64,000 nt of DNA from Octopus vulgaris (Eukaryota): the NCBI GenBank assembly GCA_951406725.2, contig OX597822.1, positions 34,782,001 through 34,846,000 on the forward strand, given 5' to 3'. Positions 1 through 12,713 of the stretch are shown here, piece by piece. The notes beneath the pieces are model-generated. The model was not told the origin of the DNA. It made no database searches and saw only the letters and a list, made by a program, of their open reading frames with translations. The number at the start of each line of letters is the position of its first letter. The stretch's first letter is position 1. The position numbers and the translations under genes are program-made.

Positions 1-79
1 ATACACACACACACGAACAGATACTTATATATGAATATACACATATGCGCATTTAAATATATATATACACATGCACAAT

Positions 80-136
<57 letters not shown>

Positions 137-615
137 GAGAAATAGACAGATAAATATTCATATAAATACATATGCATACGCATCACGCACAAAAACAAAT
201 AACATCTATAGAGTTTTATTTATGCATGTATCTACGTGTATATCTGGTCAATTTTTGAAACTAGAAGATGAAAAGACCGCCCAAAAACAGAAGCGATAAG
301 CCGGTGCATTCAAACGAAGAGCCTTGTGAAATATGATACGACCAACTTTACACAGGCAACCCCTTGTCACTCTCACCAAATGCAATGCAATCACCCACGA
401 TTAACAAACTTGTTGGAAACCCCCAAACAACGACGCTATTGTTTACTATTATGCTATATAAATTACAGACTTGAATTTATAAAAGTTTATGGCATATAAA
501 TAGCTGTGAGTATAGTCTGAGCTTTGATAGGCAAATGCATTTTGGTGTCACAGCTTCTGAGATATGTCTGTAGTTAAGACACGTGGCTCTGAATTAACTG
601 ACTTGAACTGGGTGT

Positions 616-652
<37 letters not shown>

Positions 653-683
653 TACTATGTATGTGTGGGTATTTTTTATCATT

Positions 684-1058
684 TATTTGTTTCAACCATC
701 AGATCGCTTCAGAACCGCCTTGGAAGTTTTTGTTCAAATAAATCGACCTCAATACTCTATTTTTGCCTCGTACTTATTCTATCCGTTCTTTTGCCGAACC
801 TCTAAGTTACGGGAAGGTAAACACATTAACACCGGTTGTTAAGTAGTGGAGGTGGTGGTGGTGATGGTGGATAAACACAGAGAAAATGATACACACATAT
901 ACATGCACATACACAAACAGACATATATGCAATCCCCTCACAACGACTTGGGCCACCCGAGGAAATTTGAGAAAACACTTGCCGAAGATGCCACGAAGTG
1001 GGATTGAACTCAGAACCATGTAGTTGGAGACAAATTTCTTACCACACACCTCATGTGT
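684..1058 (-). mobile_element. SINE family A, degenerate copy (tRNA-derived, CORE-like)
   Basis: Matches the family A copies elsewhere in the window (gccgaacctctaagttacggg; cacttgccgaagatgccacg; gggattgaactcagaaccatg). Confidence 0.75.
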
Positions 1059-1584
1059 ATATGCGTCTTTTCATGCAATACAGAAAAGACAGTTGAAACA
1101 TTACTCAATAATGAAAGTGATCGCATTTCATTTAATGCTTCGAAATCTCGCGTCATCCCGTGTAAACTACATGAATACTAATACGCACAATTTATCATTC
1201 AACTCGCGAAATTCTTGGCTTAAGATACATATATATTGCAGCACCACGTTAATAATATAAATCCCAAAGCGGGAAAAAATGGGAAAAGAGGAATAAGGAA
1301 ACAAAAAAGGCAAAAACACCAAGTGCCTCAGTTAGTCGCACAGCACAAGGGTCGACGGAATCTACTGAAGCAAACCAAGAAGCTCGCAGCATTGGCTCTG
1401 ACGATAGCGAGGCTAAGGCGTTGAAAGGGCCAAGTACCCTCGTGGGTATCACCTGACACCTCGGTGAAGCAAGCGGCTAACAATAACAATAACTTGGCCC
1501 TTGGCGACCCATAACCTCCAAACGTTTATATACTTCCATATATATGTGTATGTGCATGTGTATGTATGTGTGTGTACATATATT

Positions 1585-1618
<34 letters not shown>

Positions 1619-1685
1619 CATGTATGTATATATGTATGCATGATGAATGTATATATACATGTGTGTGTATGTGTGTATGTATGAT

Positions 1686-1751
<66 letters not shown>

Positions 1752-1887
1752 CGGAGATGTACTCGCATAGCAAGTAATTTGATCTGAGATCGTGTGCTGA
1801 AACGAAAACAATTGCAGCGTGGGAGGTGTTTATAAGCCATTTAAGAAACACACAAAAGCCGTTCGATTCTCCAACATTTAAGTTTAA

Positions 1888-1937
1888 TTTGTCAAAATAT
1901 TTTCGTCGCTAAACTCCGCGACCTGTTCACTGACAAA
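1888..1937 (-). ncRNA. Minimal type I hammerhead ribozyme, G3:C8 core variant (mirror copy)
   Basis: Reverse-complement arm of the same palindrome; identical except the stem II loop (ggagttta). Confidence 0.8.
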
Positions 1938-1954
1938 GTCCGTGCTGCACGGAC

Positions 1955-2004
1955 TTTGTCAGTGAACAGGTCGCGGATTTTAGCGACGAAAATATTTTGA
2001 CAAA
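1955..2004 (+). ncRNA. Minimal type I hammerhead ribozyme, G3:C8 core variant
   Basis: tttgtca-GTGAACA-g-gtcgc(ggatttta)gcgac-GAA-aatatt-t-tgacaaa: 7-bp stem I, 5-bp stem II, palindromic AAUAUU in place of stem III, NUH triplet UUU. Confidence 0.8.
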
Positions 2005-2084
2005 TTAAACTTAAATGTTGGAGTGAATCGAACGGCTTTTGTGTGTTTCTTAAATGGCTTATAAACACCTCCCACGCTGCAATT

Positions 2085-2130
<46 letters not shown>

Positions 2131-2484
2131 GAAAGGCAGATAAACAGTAGCAGGCATGAAAAATGCATTCCAATTGAAAGTTCTGTATATATTGAAATGA
2201 TTAATCAAGATTTGTTTACATCATTTAATTTTGTAGGCAACTTTCCATGGGAGAAAATTACTTACACCTACGTTTAATTATCTGTCTTTTCTACTTCTAA
2301 ACGCTCGAAAACGATGTTCGTTCGCATAGTACACTTACTACCAGTACTCTACCTACTCGTGATGAGGGAGTTGATGTTTGGGAACACTACCGGCTGAGTA
2401 TCATTACACATTTTAGTGTAGCGTTGTGTAACACGTTCTTTTCTTACATACATACATAAGATATACGTATGTACATATATACAT

Positions 2485-3030
2485 TGTTTGTTTGTTCCTT
2501 CTCGAGCCACGCCTGGCTCATAATGGCCCGTTTCCCGGTTTCCTTGGCGTATAGGTTCCCCACCTGGATGGGACGCCGGTCCGTCACAGGTGAGCTGCTA
2601 GATGCAAGAGGAAAGTGTGATAGGTAGGAGAGTCCAGTTTGCTGGACATTGTTGTAGAGCTGAAAAAGAAGTAATTTCTACTCTTCTCCTCTGGAAGCCA
2701 TCTACTCGCAGTACCAGAGGGCGCACACTCTCCTACCCTGATGTAATCTCCAGGGATACAGACATCCAGCAACAGGACCTCCGCAATGCCATGATGGACC
2801 GTGAAGTCTGGCGTAGCATGGTAAATTCCATTGTCTCGACCACGGTCGAACAATGATGATGATGATGATGTGATAGAAAGTCGTGGCGAAAGAGTCAGCT
2901 GGAGTTCGTCATTAGGCGTGGAGCTTAGGTGATTCGCTCATAAATACACACATCGACCGGTCTGAGATTCGAACCCACGATCCCTCGACCGCGAGTACGC
3001 TGCTCTAACCACTAGCCCATGTGCCTCCAA
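2485..3030 (-). mobile_element. SINE family C (tRNA-derived), interrupted by an RTE fragment
   Basis: Reverse complement of head ggaggcacatgggctagtggttagagcagcg...gggttcgaatctc; matches the copy at 20267-20566. Confidence 0.85.
2624..2868 (+). mobile_element. 5'-truncated RTE-clade LINE 3' end with (TGA)n tail
   Basis: Peptide RRVQFAGHCCRAEKEVISTLLLWKP...AMMDREVWRSMV resembles RTE ORF C-termini; tandem-repeat tail; TSD tgtgatag at 2616-2623 and 2869-2876. Confidence 0.85.
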
Positions 3031-3294
3031 CACATACATATCTGTATGCATGTATTGTTTCGTGTGTATGACTGTGTATGTGCATTATTGCGACTACGTT
3101 ATCTCAAGAAGTCACATAAAGCCTTATCAGCCTTTAATTTTAGTTTTCAATTTTAGATAATTTTTATTTGGTTTCATTAGCTATCAGTTTATTTACTTTC
3201 CACGCATAGTCTCTAAGGTGAATCTGTGAATCTGTGGTTAGCAAGTGTATCAATTGTTGGAAACGAAATAGCGTGTAATATTAGTCATCATTTT

Positions 3295-3715
3295 TAAGGC
3301 CGTGAGCTGGGTAAAATGCTTAGCGACATTTCGTCTGTCCGCATGTTCTGATTCCAAATTCAGCCGAGGTTGACTTTGCCATTCATCCTCTATGGGGTTG
3401 ATAAATTAAGGACCAGTTGCGTACTGGAGGTCGATCTAATCGACTGAACCCCCACCCCCACCCCCAAATTTCAGGCCATGTGCCAATAGTAGAAAGGATT
3501 TTTAAGGCGGGGACCTGACAGAATCGTTAGCACGCCGGGCAAAATACTGTGCAACATTTCGTTCGTCTTTATGTTCTGAGTTCAAATTCCACCGCAACCA
3601 CTTTCATTCTTACAGGGTCGATGAAAAATATGTACTAGGTGGACACTGGAGTCGATGTAATCGACGTAGATCCTCCCCAGAAAATGGTGGCTGCATACGA
3701 ACATTTAAAATCCAA
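3295..3715 (+). mobile_element. Two tandem degenerate SINE family B copies
   Basis: taaggc...gagctgg head and gactttgccattcatcct...gataaattaag motif, repeated from ~3503. Confidence 0.75.
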
Positions 3716-4138
3716 TTTTATTCATAATCTAGTAACATAACTGAAATCCGTATGGCCGGTGTAAATATGAAAACATGATCATGGAGTTGTTAATCACATT
3801 CCGTCTTACTCCAAAAGTCAATCAAGCGTAACAGTACAATAGGCTTCTGTTCAATATTCCCAAATCACTATAAAGAAAACACGGTTTTCTCTTTTCTTCC
3901 ATTGCTATTCTTTGTATCTACTTTTACCAGTTCTCTGCTGTTCCATGTCGGAGGTTTTCTATACACATGTCTCTCTATTCTGAAGTGGGGGAAAAGCAAC
4001 TAGACACCATATCGTACGCAGCTTGCTAAGACACAAACACATATATGTATGTATATATATACATGTATGTAAATATGTATATATATATATATATATACGC
4101 ATATACGTATACACACACACATACATATATATATATAT

Positions 4139-4298
4139 GGCGTGGCTGTGAGGTGAAAAGCTTGCTTCCCAACAACATGGTTTTGGGTTCAGTCCCACTA
4201 CGTTGCACCTGAGGCAAGTGTCTTGTACTACAGACTCGGGCCCACCAAAGCCTTGTGAGTGGATTAGGTAGACAGAAACTGAAAAACAACCCGTTGTA

Positions 4299-4350
<52 letters not shown>

Positions 4351-4577
4351 TTTATGTATGTATTTGTGTGTCTGTGTTTGTTTCCCCACCCCCACCATCG
4401 ATTGACAACGGATGCTGGAGTGTTTAAGTCCCGTAAGGTAGCGGTTCGGCAAATGAGTCCAGTAGAATAAGTACTAGGATTACAAAGAATAAGTCCTCGG
4501 GTCGATTTGTTCGACTGAAGACGGTGCTCCAGTATGGCGCAGTCAAATTAGTGAAACAAGTAAAAGATTAAAAGAAT
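4139..4577 (+). mobile_element. SINE family A
   Basis: B-box-like gggttcagtccc, CORE-like ggcaagtgtctt, internal (TA)n, gaaacaagtaaaaga tail. Confidence 0.85.
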
Positions 4578-6837
4578 ATATGAATATACGGATTTTCTTC
4601 AGTACAACTAACAAGCATCAACTCAGCCTAAGTATATTTGATGGTTGTTGAGTCTTCTCAGTTGCTATGCCCTTTGACAGGTCTTGTTTTTCCTCAGACA
4701 GGGTGACCAAGATTTACACTCCTCACCAAGCCAGCTTCTTTCTCAATGTTGACAGCGCTTCTGCACATACATGTAAAGGCCTGGGAAAATTTTTTGAAAA
4801 AAACTAGGAGATGCCCAGTCATGAAATTTTCTTTTATGAACACCACTGCTGTTCATCCTAGGGAAGAGCCGCTGACTTGAGCCAAATCGTCATCAGTATC
4901 GTGGTAAGGGTTGTCGTTAGAAGAAAAATACTTAGAATAGATACCACATGCCATTTAAGAAAAAGAAAGTATAGAAAATATATTGCAAAGAGCTTCCGGT
5001 TTGGAGAAAGTTATTATCACAACTGAAATCTCTCCACTTCTGTTTCATTTCGTAATCTAAACAAGGCTAGAAGAAAGACGGCAGCCATTATACCAAGACA
5101 GCATTTGGGTAGTTAATGGAATGAGAGAGAATATGGTCATGGGTGTAGACTGGACAGAGCCGAGTGGACAGTCTGGCAAGCAACTAGCGGACATAATCAA
5201 ATAAACAGAATAGTCAAACTGGACCGAACCGAATGGCTAAGTGGCACTTCCGTCGATTACGACGTCGCAGGCGCCCTTGCCTCTAAAAATTCTGGCAATG
5301 TACTGTCCTACTCGCGCAACTTTTGTTGATCGATCTCCCAGATTTGGCGTGTGGCAAAAATGACCTGGACAGAATTTGAACTCAAAACACACAGAGCCGG
5401 AATAAATAGCATGGGACATTCTATGTAACGCTTTAATTTTTGCACCCTTTCACCGGCTTTCTTATCACTAATGGTAGAATCTTAATTGATGTTTCTTGAT
5501 TTATATCATTAACTTTGCTCTCGTCCATATTACTATCTCGAGACAACTTTCTCGGTCAAAAGTTATCAGGTTATTGGTCAATTTTTAATTGGCTTGTGAC
5601 AGTTATGTCTATCAGCAAAACGCACTAGTCATAATAGTCATTTCCAGTAGGTGCTAAATATGTAATATGAATGATACAGTCTTACACATATAAACAGTAT
5701 TGGTATTGTATAACTGACAAGAATATATCGTTAACATTCTCTGCTAAGCTGAATGCTGTCTACATGAATAGAAAAGGACTCCAGAAGTTATTTCAATGAG
5801 TGTCGTTTTTAATCACTGTACAAATATGATGATAGTTTCTGTATCGCTTCACTATCTCAGTCGGTTCATAACCATTATTTGACTTCAACTAAATTAATAT
5901 TGATATATATATATACATATCTAGTAATATTATGTTACACAGAAGATGTCCGCAAGAGAAATCATACAATTTCTCCGTGAAACAATTTACATTTCGCCTT
6001 CAAAATACTTTCACTGCATATAAACAATAAATCTCTATGGGCTTCAGTTTTATCAAAGCCATTTTCAAGAATGTCTCTTATGATAAATATGATTAGGCCT
6101 GTAACAAGAATACTGGGGAATATGGTTATTATAAACATAAATGTAGCAGATGATCGGATAGGTGCTGAACTACTTGTATCATAAGCGTAATTATTATGTG
6201 TCAGTGCCACGTATCGAGGAAGTGTTCATGACTCTTTATTTACAAGAGAAGTCCATTAAGCAAAGGCCTCCACCGGTTAAATTGATCACACTGCTGCACA
6301 TGTATAAGCAAACGTACAAAGACTTTAAGGCAGGTTGGCATTTCTCCATGCATACCACGCTCCCATCAAAATATCTTCGATGTGTCTAAGGGGGCCGTTA
6401 GAGATACCGTAAGACAACTCGTATAACTTTATAACAGTTCCGCCAATCCACCAAATTAAATTTGTACTTTTTATCAACCCTGAAAGGAAAAACTGCAAAC
6501 TTTACCTCGGTAGAATTTGAAATCGCTTCGCAGAGAATCGGGAAAAATCGTGATGCGTTGGATTTACTGACTCACTGCCTATTTCGATTAAATTCAAAAA
6601 GGAACTCATAAATACAAAGAACTCACTGTAATAAACAACAGTAGATTCGTGACATTTGAGATTATTTCGATGGTTTTAATGATGGAGGAAAGCGTTAAGA
6701 GAGGTGAACTTCGGAAGTCAGATTTATTGTCATTAAAGCCGCCTTCGGACTATGGCTGAACGTGATTTTCTGCCCCGAGGAAGTTCTTTTCCAAGTGACC
6801 GACGGTGAAAGGTGTGTGGAAGATTTACCAGTTGCTG

Positions 6838-6868
<31 letters not shown>

Positions 6869-6903
6869 CTTCTTCTTCTTCTTCTTCTTCTTCTTCTTCT
6901 TCC
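6838..6903 (+). repeat. (TTC)n microsatellite
   Basis: About 22 perfect units; produces the poly-F and poly-K ORFs. Confidence 0.95.
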
Positions 6904-7189
6904 AATCAGGACTCACGCCATTAGCCACAAAGAATAATCTCTAATTCGAGCCTACTCTAAGCTACTAAAATGCGTGTGGCAACTTGAAGATCCTCTCACC
7001 ACACGTAATAGACTGGCGGTTGCACGGACGCGAAAGCTACGTTGTTATCCTCATTCTGTAAACAGTGGCTTTTAACGGGTGGAGAGCTGAACCATCCTGG
7101 GGTACAGAGGATTCGCAATCTAGACTAGGGTTTGAAAGTTTACCACACCATAGTGGGTTACACCAAGGTTCCTCTGTTTTATGGGAGGA

Positions 7190-7381
7190 GTAGGAAGAAA
7201 GAGTGAGAGAAAGTTGTGGTGAAAGAGTACAGCGGGGTTCACCACCCCTCCCTGCCGGAGCCTCGTGGAGCTTAGGTGTTTTTGCTCAATAAACACTCAT
7301 AATGCCCGGTCTGTGAATCGAAACCGCATTCTTACGACCGCGAGTCCGCTGCCCTAACCACTGGGCCATTGCGCCTCCACA
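7190..7381 (-). mobile_element. SINE family C, 5' portion
   Basis: gcgagtccgctgccctaaccactgggccattgcgcctccac is the reverse complement of the tRNA-like head. Confidence 0.85.
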
Positions 7382-7904
7382 CAGCTGCTGTTGGACGCAA
7401 GTCTCCTCTCACCATGCTTCCGGTGTAATGCCGAGGCCGACACTGCTTGACCCCAGTCAATTTGCAAATATTGCCGTTAGAACATTGAAAAGTCTAAGTG
7501 TGTCACCGATCGTTCGAAAAGCTCCCTCAATAGTACTAGATTGATACATCATTATGGGTCACGAAAGAATGTAATGCACAGTTAACCACAATGGGATTTG
7601 AATTAATATGGCAGACAGTTCTAAAATACAATAACATTGCAAGGTAGTCTAAACGATTTTATAAAGAAGCTGTTAGTTGCTGAATTCATGTGTTTGTATT
7701 TACTATCCAAACGAGAATGTTTTCGTGTTGTCGGGATAATAACTACGCGCATGATATAGCAAAGTACCAAACCTAAAGTTTAGCAAGGACAGTATAAAAC
7801 TATTGAATTATAAGTATAGGTACAGCTTATTAGACTATAAGACCATTGAATGTAAAGTAACAATACTATTGCCGTTTTCTGAGGCATTTTAAATTTTATT
7901 TTTA

Positions 7905-8121
7905 CCTGTTTCTGTCGTTGGACTGCGACCATGCTGGTGCACCGCCTTAACAAGTTATTAGTCGAATGAATACACAGTACTTTTTGTTAAACCCCACGAC
8001 TTATACTAGCGACGCTTTTGATGAACCGCTAAGTTACGGGGAGTTAAACAAACCAACACTGGTTGTAATGCTGTGATGAGACACAAACACAAAGACAAAC
8101 AGACAGACAGACACGCACACA

Positions 8122-8168
<47 letters not shown>

Positions 8169-8315
8169 GACGGGATTCTTTCATTTCACAAATTTCAAAT
8201 ACAATGACAAGGTTTTAGTCGGTTCTAGAAAGGCATTTGCTGAAGATTCAACGCTGTGGGACTGAACTAAGAACCATGTGGTTGAAAAGCAAACTTATTA
8301 CCTCCCAGCTGCATC
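7905..8315 (-). mobile_element. SINE family A, degenerate
   Basis: gactgcgaccatgctgg...gaaccgctaagttacggg...(CA)n...gtgggactgaac. Confidence 0.75.
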
Positions 8316-8505
8316 TGTTTATCTTATGAAGTAAACGAAAGTAAAAATCAATAACAAATGTAGGATGAGAGATTAAGATAACAGTTAAGAGTGAAAAACA
8401 TAATAACAATAACAGTAGAATGGATAGAGTTCTTGACCAAAGTCATTTTAATTCATTTACACATTCCTGCAAGTAATATTTATCATAGCTGATATATTTC
8501 ACTGG

Positions 8506-8935
8506 TAAGGCGGCGAGCTGGCAGAAACGTTAGCACGCCGGGCGAAATGCTTAGCAGTGTTTCGTCTGTCTTTACGTTCTGAGTTCAAATTCCGCCGAGG
8601 TCGACTTTGCCTTTCATCCTGTCGGGGTCGATAAATTAAGTACCAGTTGCACACTGGGGTTGATGTAATCAACTTAATTCCTTTGTCTGTCCTTGTCTGT
8701 CCCCCTCGATGTTTAGCCCCTTGTGGGCAATAAAGAAATAAGACACGTTAGAACACCAGGCGAAATGCTTAGCAGTGTTTCGTCTGTCTTTACATTGTGT
8801 TCAAATTCCGCCGAGGTCGACTTAGCCTTTCATCCTTTCGGAGTCGATAAATTAAGTGCTAGTTGCGTACTGGTATCGATCTAATCGACTGCTCCCTCTC
8901 CAAAAATTTCGGGCCTTGTGCCTAGAGTAGAAAAG
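8506..8935 (+). mobile_element. SINE family B, dimeric (MetaSINE-like domain)
   Basis: Two copies of gtcgactttgcctttcatcctttcggggtcgataaattaagtaccag; TSD gatatatttca(c/t)tgg on both sides. Confidence 0.9.
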
Positions 8936-9179
8936 GATATATTTCATTGGATTTTTTGCACTAATTTTGAAACAGTCCGTGTTTTACCATGGCAAGAATA
9001 TTTTTTAAGATATGACTATCTGTATATTTTTGTTCCTGTCGGTCTTATGCTCTGAGATACACACTGAACTACTTTATAGAATCATATTTGAATGTAGAAA
9101 TAAAGGTATAAGTTCATATTTATGCGCTAACTTTTTAACAGATTTGTTTTCATTTTTTGTAGGATTATAACCTATCTAA

Positions 9180-10580
9180 ATTAAGCCTGAAGCATGTTTT
9201 CCAGTTTGTGGTAGGGTCACCGCTTTATCACAACGACAGCTTATGAAAACTGATCTTATAAAGATACACAAATAATATTTTGATTGACAACCTACGCTCA
9301 CAAGAGTCGACACGGGGACCTCATTAAATTTGTATAGCGTATTGAAATGATTTGCGCGTTTCCTTGAAGAAAAAATAACCACCAGCTGGTTGTGCAATAA
9401 CAATAGTTTGGGGTGAGGAGAAATATGTTTCTTAAAAAATGATTGTACAAAATCATTAGCGCCAACCTGGGTTCGCAAGTAGAGTTCTATCCTATATTGA
9501 AACACTGCGTATTGCTATTTTCCTGCAAGATAGTCTCTGCTTTATTGAAGGCGAAGGAATAGATATTGGGGAAGCTTCAATTGCTGGTGGTTCTTGTAAA
9601 CTTTCGCCAAGTTCCTGGGAATACAAGCCAGTAGAAGAATAATAAATTCAACTTGTTTTACACAAGCCATTTTGAACAACGTTAGGAGGGATTTAGGTCT
9701 GTCAATCAATAATTCAGACCTCCTCTCATTTGAAAAGGATGTCGTAGTGACTGTAAGTTACTACAGAAATCAAATTTTGGATTAGCACTTTACTTCAAAG
9801 TGGACGTTCCTTTCTATTATTGTCATGGCATTAATAGACTGGACATCTTGTAAGTGGATGGTGACTTTCTGTAGTTTGATCACTACAAAGCTTTAATGCT
9901 GTTTTATTGCATTTAAAAGGATCTTATGTTAACATGGAGATCCTTTTTAACGTAATTCAATGCAATAGCGACTATGGGTTTTTTGTAGCGATCTTAAAAT
10001 AGCTACCATATGAATGTCTCTATGCTTGTAGGACAGTTGAGATTTTACAGAGCACCATCATAATAGAATTTACTAATCAAGTATTCATATATTCGCGGAA
10101 GAAATAATATTCAATCACACCTTTGAATTGATCAGAAGAAAACGTTTCGTCTGATTAAACCAATTTTTTGAAGATATTCATTAAGGAATATCTTCATTAA
10201 GTTGAGGGAAAAAATCAAAGAAATATTGATATCTCAGAAATATTTTTAAAATTAAGTGCTGCAAAATTTAGAACCGAAAATCTTCTAGTGTATTAAAATC
10301 AAACAGCTTATGATGAAAAACTGAGCATCTCAGATAAAAACATATTTTGTGCTAACTTAAGAAATTACAAACTTTCTTTTCAAACTGGTGACGAGAAACT
10401 GATCACTTTAAAAGATAGGAATTGCTGCATGAATCCGAAATTCCATTTATTGTATTTGCTTCCTGAAAATCTTGACGCAGTTATTGCTGAACATGGAAAC
10501 AGATTTCAATTACGAGATTAAATTTATGGAAGCTAGCTGTTAAGTATTCTGCAATGCAAACATGATGGCATACAACTACA
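9180..10580 (+). pseudogene. Chapaev3-like transposase relic (many stops and frameshifts)
   Basis: Collinear motifs: FPVCGR..YF; QESTRGPH*IC; GW*LSVV*SLQSFNAVLLH at ~9859 (cf. WRLFIDSSKxSLKAVLLH); WVFCSDLKI (cf. WxICGDLK); CMNPKFHLL..PENLDAVIAEHGNRF at ~10430-10505 (cf. MSLKxHFL..PENLGAVSDEHGERF); NMMA. Confidence 0.8.
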
Positions 10581-10807
10581 AAATATTACATTGTCATAAG
10601 TACATCATATTTACATGAAAAATGCTTTGCTTTCAGAAATGTATGCACTATATACATATATGCGCATATATAGAGTGCAACTTCTTTCTCATGGTTTACA
10701 TCATTCTGTGAGCATCTTTGTATGTGAATGCTGGCATGCGTAGATTAAACAGGTACAATTATTTTACCAAACATGTAAGAGAGATGGCATGGTATGTTTG
10801 CGTCTCA

Positions 10808-11206
10808 TAAGGCGGCGAGCTGGCAGAATCGTTAGCATACCGGGCGGAATGCTTAGCGGTATTTCGTCTGTCTTTACGTTCTGAGTTCAAATTCCGCCGA
10901 GGTCGACTTTGCCTTTCATCCTTTCGGAGTCGATTAAATAAGTAACAGTTACGCACTGGGGTCTATGTAATCGACTTAATACCTATGTCTGTCCTTGTTT
11001 GTCCCCTCTATGTTTAGCCCCTTGTGGGTAGTAAAGAAATAGGTATTTCGTCTGCCGTTACGTTGTGTTGGAATTCCGCCGAGGTCGACTTTGCCTTTCA
11101 TCCTTTCGGGGTCGATGCACTGGGGTCAGTGTAATCGACTTAATCCGTTTGTCTGTCCATGTTTGTCCTCTCTGTGTTTAGCCCCTTGTGGGAAGTAAAG
11201 AAATAA
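10808..11206 (+). mobile_element. SINE family B, dimeric
   Basis: Full head and duplicated body; TSD gtatgtttgcgt(c/t)tcata. Confidence 0.9.
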
Positions 11207-11562
11207 GTATGTTTGCGTTTCATATTTTTTTATAAAGGTTTTTTTCATATGTGCTTATTAGTCTTTGACATATAGTTTGAAATAATACCATTCTTAGTCA
11301 CGAAACTGTAAACTTTCCGAGATATCACGTAACTCATCATGAGTATGAAATGATGGTAAATATAACGTGTTGTTCACGCGTGTTCCTGGATGTGCCAAAG
11401 CATCATGGGAATATCACCATAGGAGATGAGAATCACCTATCTCTATGTCATAATTCCCGCGTTGCCATGGTGCCGATGTTGAATTTAAAATTCAAACAAC
11501 TTTTTCAATCATGGTAGATTTTCTGATTAACTTCTCGATTCAAATCCTTTCCTCGTTCGTAA

Positions 11563-11775
11563 AAGGCGGCGAGCTGGCAGGATCGTTAGCCCGCTCGGCA
11601 AAATGCTTTACATCATTTCGTCCGTCTTAACGTTTTGAGTTCAAATTCCACAGCGGTCAACTTTGTTTTTAATACTTTCAGTATCGATAAAATAGTTACT
11701 AGTTAAAATCTGGGGTCGATTTAATCGACAAACCCGCTTTCCGAAATTTCTGGCCTTGTACAAAAATTAAAACCA
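11563..11775 (+). mobile_element. SINE family B, degenerate
   Basis: aaggcggcgagctggcagg...gagttcaaattcc...ggggtcgatttaatcgac. Confidence 0.75.
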
Positions 11776-11904
11776 ATATATGATTCGTATTTTACAAGCA
11801 AAGCTCTTAAGGATATTTTTTATGGTTCATTTTTCTATGAAATTCCCTATAAAACTGCAATGCCGTCAACAAATGTTTCATATTCTTTTCTTTTTTTATT
11901 TTTC

Positions 11905-12300
11905 AAGTCATATTTGACTGCGGCCATGCTGCAGCACCGCCTTTAGTCGAACAAATCGACCGTAGGACTTATTATTTGCAAGCCTAGTACTTATTCTGTC
12001 GGTCTTTTTATCGAACCGGTAAGTTACGGGGACGTAAACACACCAATATCGGTGGTCAATTGATGGTGGGGGAACAAACATAGAAGCACAAACACACACA
12101 CACACATAAATATACGACGGGCTTCTTTCAGTTTCTGTCTACCAAATCCACTCAGAAGGCTTTGGTCGGCCCGAGGCTATAGTACAAGACACTTGCCCAA
12201 GGTGCCACGCAGTGGGACTGAGCCCGGAACCATGTGGTTGGGAAGCAAGTTACTTACCACACAGCCATTCCAGTGCCTATAAGCCACTCCTGCGCCTATA
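11905..12300 (-). mobile_element. SINE family A
   Basis: Near-complete reverse copy ending in gccactcctgcgcctata; a further tail fragment follows at ~12300-12370. Confidence 0.9.
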
Positions 12301-12713
12301 CTCTTTACGCTTTTACACTTTTACTTGTTTCAGTCATGTGACTGCAGCCATGCTGGAGCACCGCCTTTAGCATGTAAAATTATTGTACGCTATATTGATG
12401 AGGCATAACTCCTTGTTGTTAATGCATGGTAAACTGCCGAGAAACTATGGCATTGCTGTGTCCACTGTAACTGTTAAGTTATAAAGTTTATAGTTTTCAT
12501 GTTTTCATTGAAATATCTATATTATATGCTTTGCTAGTTTATGGTTTTGTGTTACTGATGAAAGTCTTCATAATTTTTAAATCCAATGCCGATGATCTAT
12601 TCAGTCATTAGAACAAAGAACTTAGAATATTAATGTACTAATGGGATTAGTAAAGCTATAGCGAATTCAAAAAATACTTATCAAAATAAGTGTATTCGAA
12701 TACATACACTCGT

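Larger units (their letters stand above)
1750..2088. mobile_element. Fold-back Penelope-like terminal module; inverted repeat 1806-2088 centred on 1946
   Basis: Arms of ~140 bp with a 1-nt loop (cgtgc-t-gcacg), one mismatch and one 2-bp indel; (TA)n on both sides; carries hammerhead motifs. Confidence 0.8.
9062..11382 (+). mobile_element. Decayed Chapaev3-like (CMC) DNA transposon with an inserted SINE
   Basis: Transposase relic inside; tentative degenerate termini cactgaactac (9062) and gttgttcacgcgtg (~11369-11382); termini are low confidence. Confidence 0.55.
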
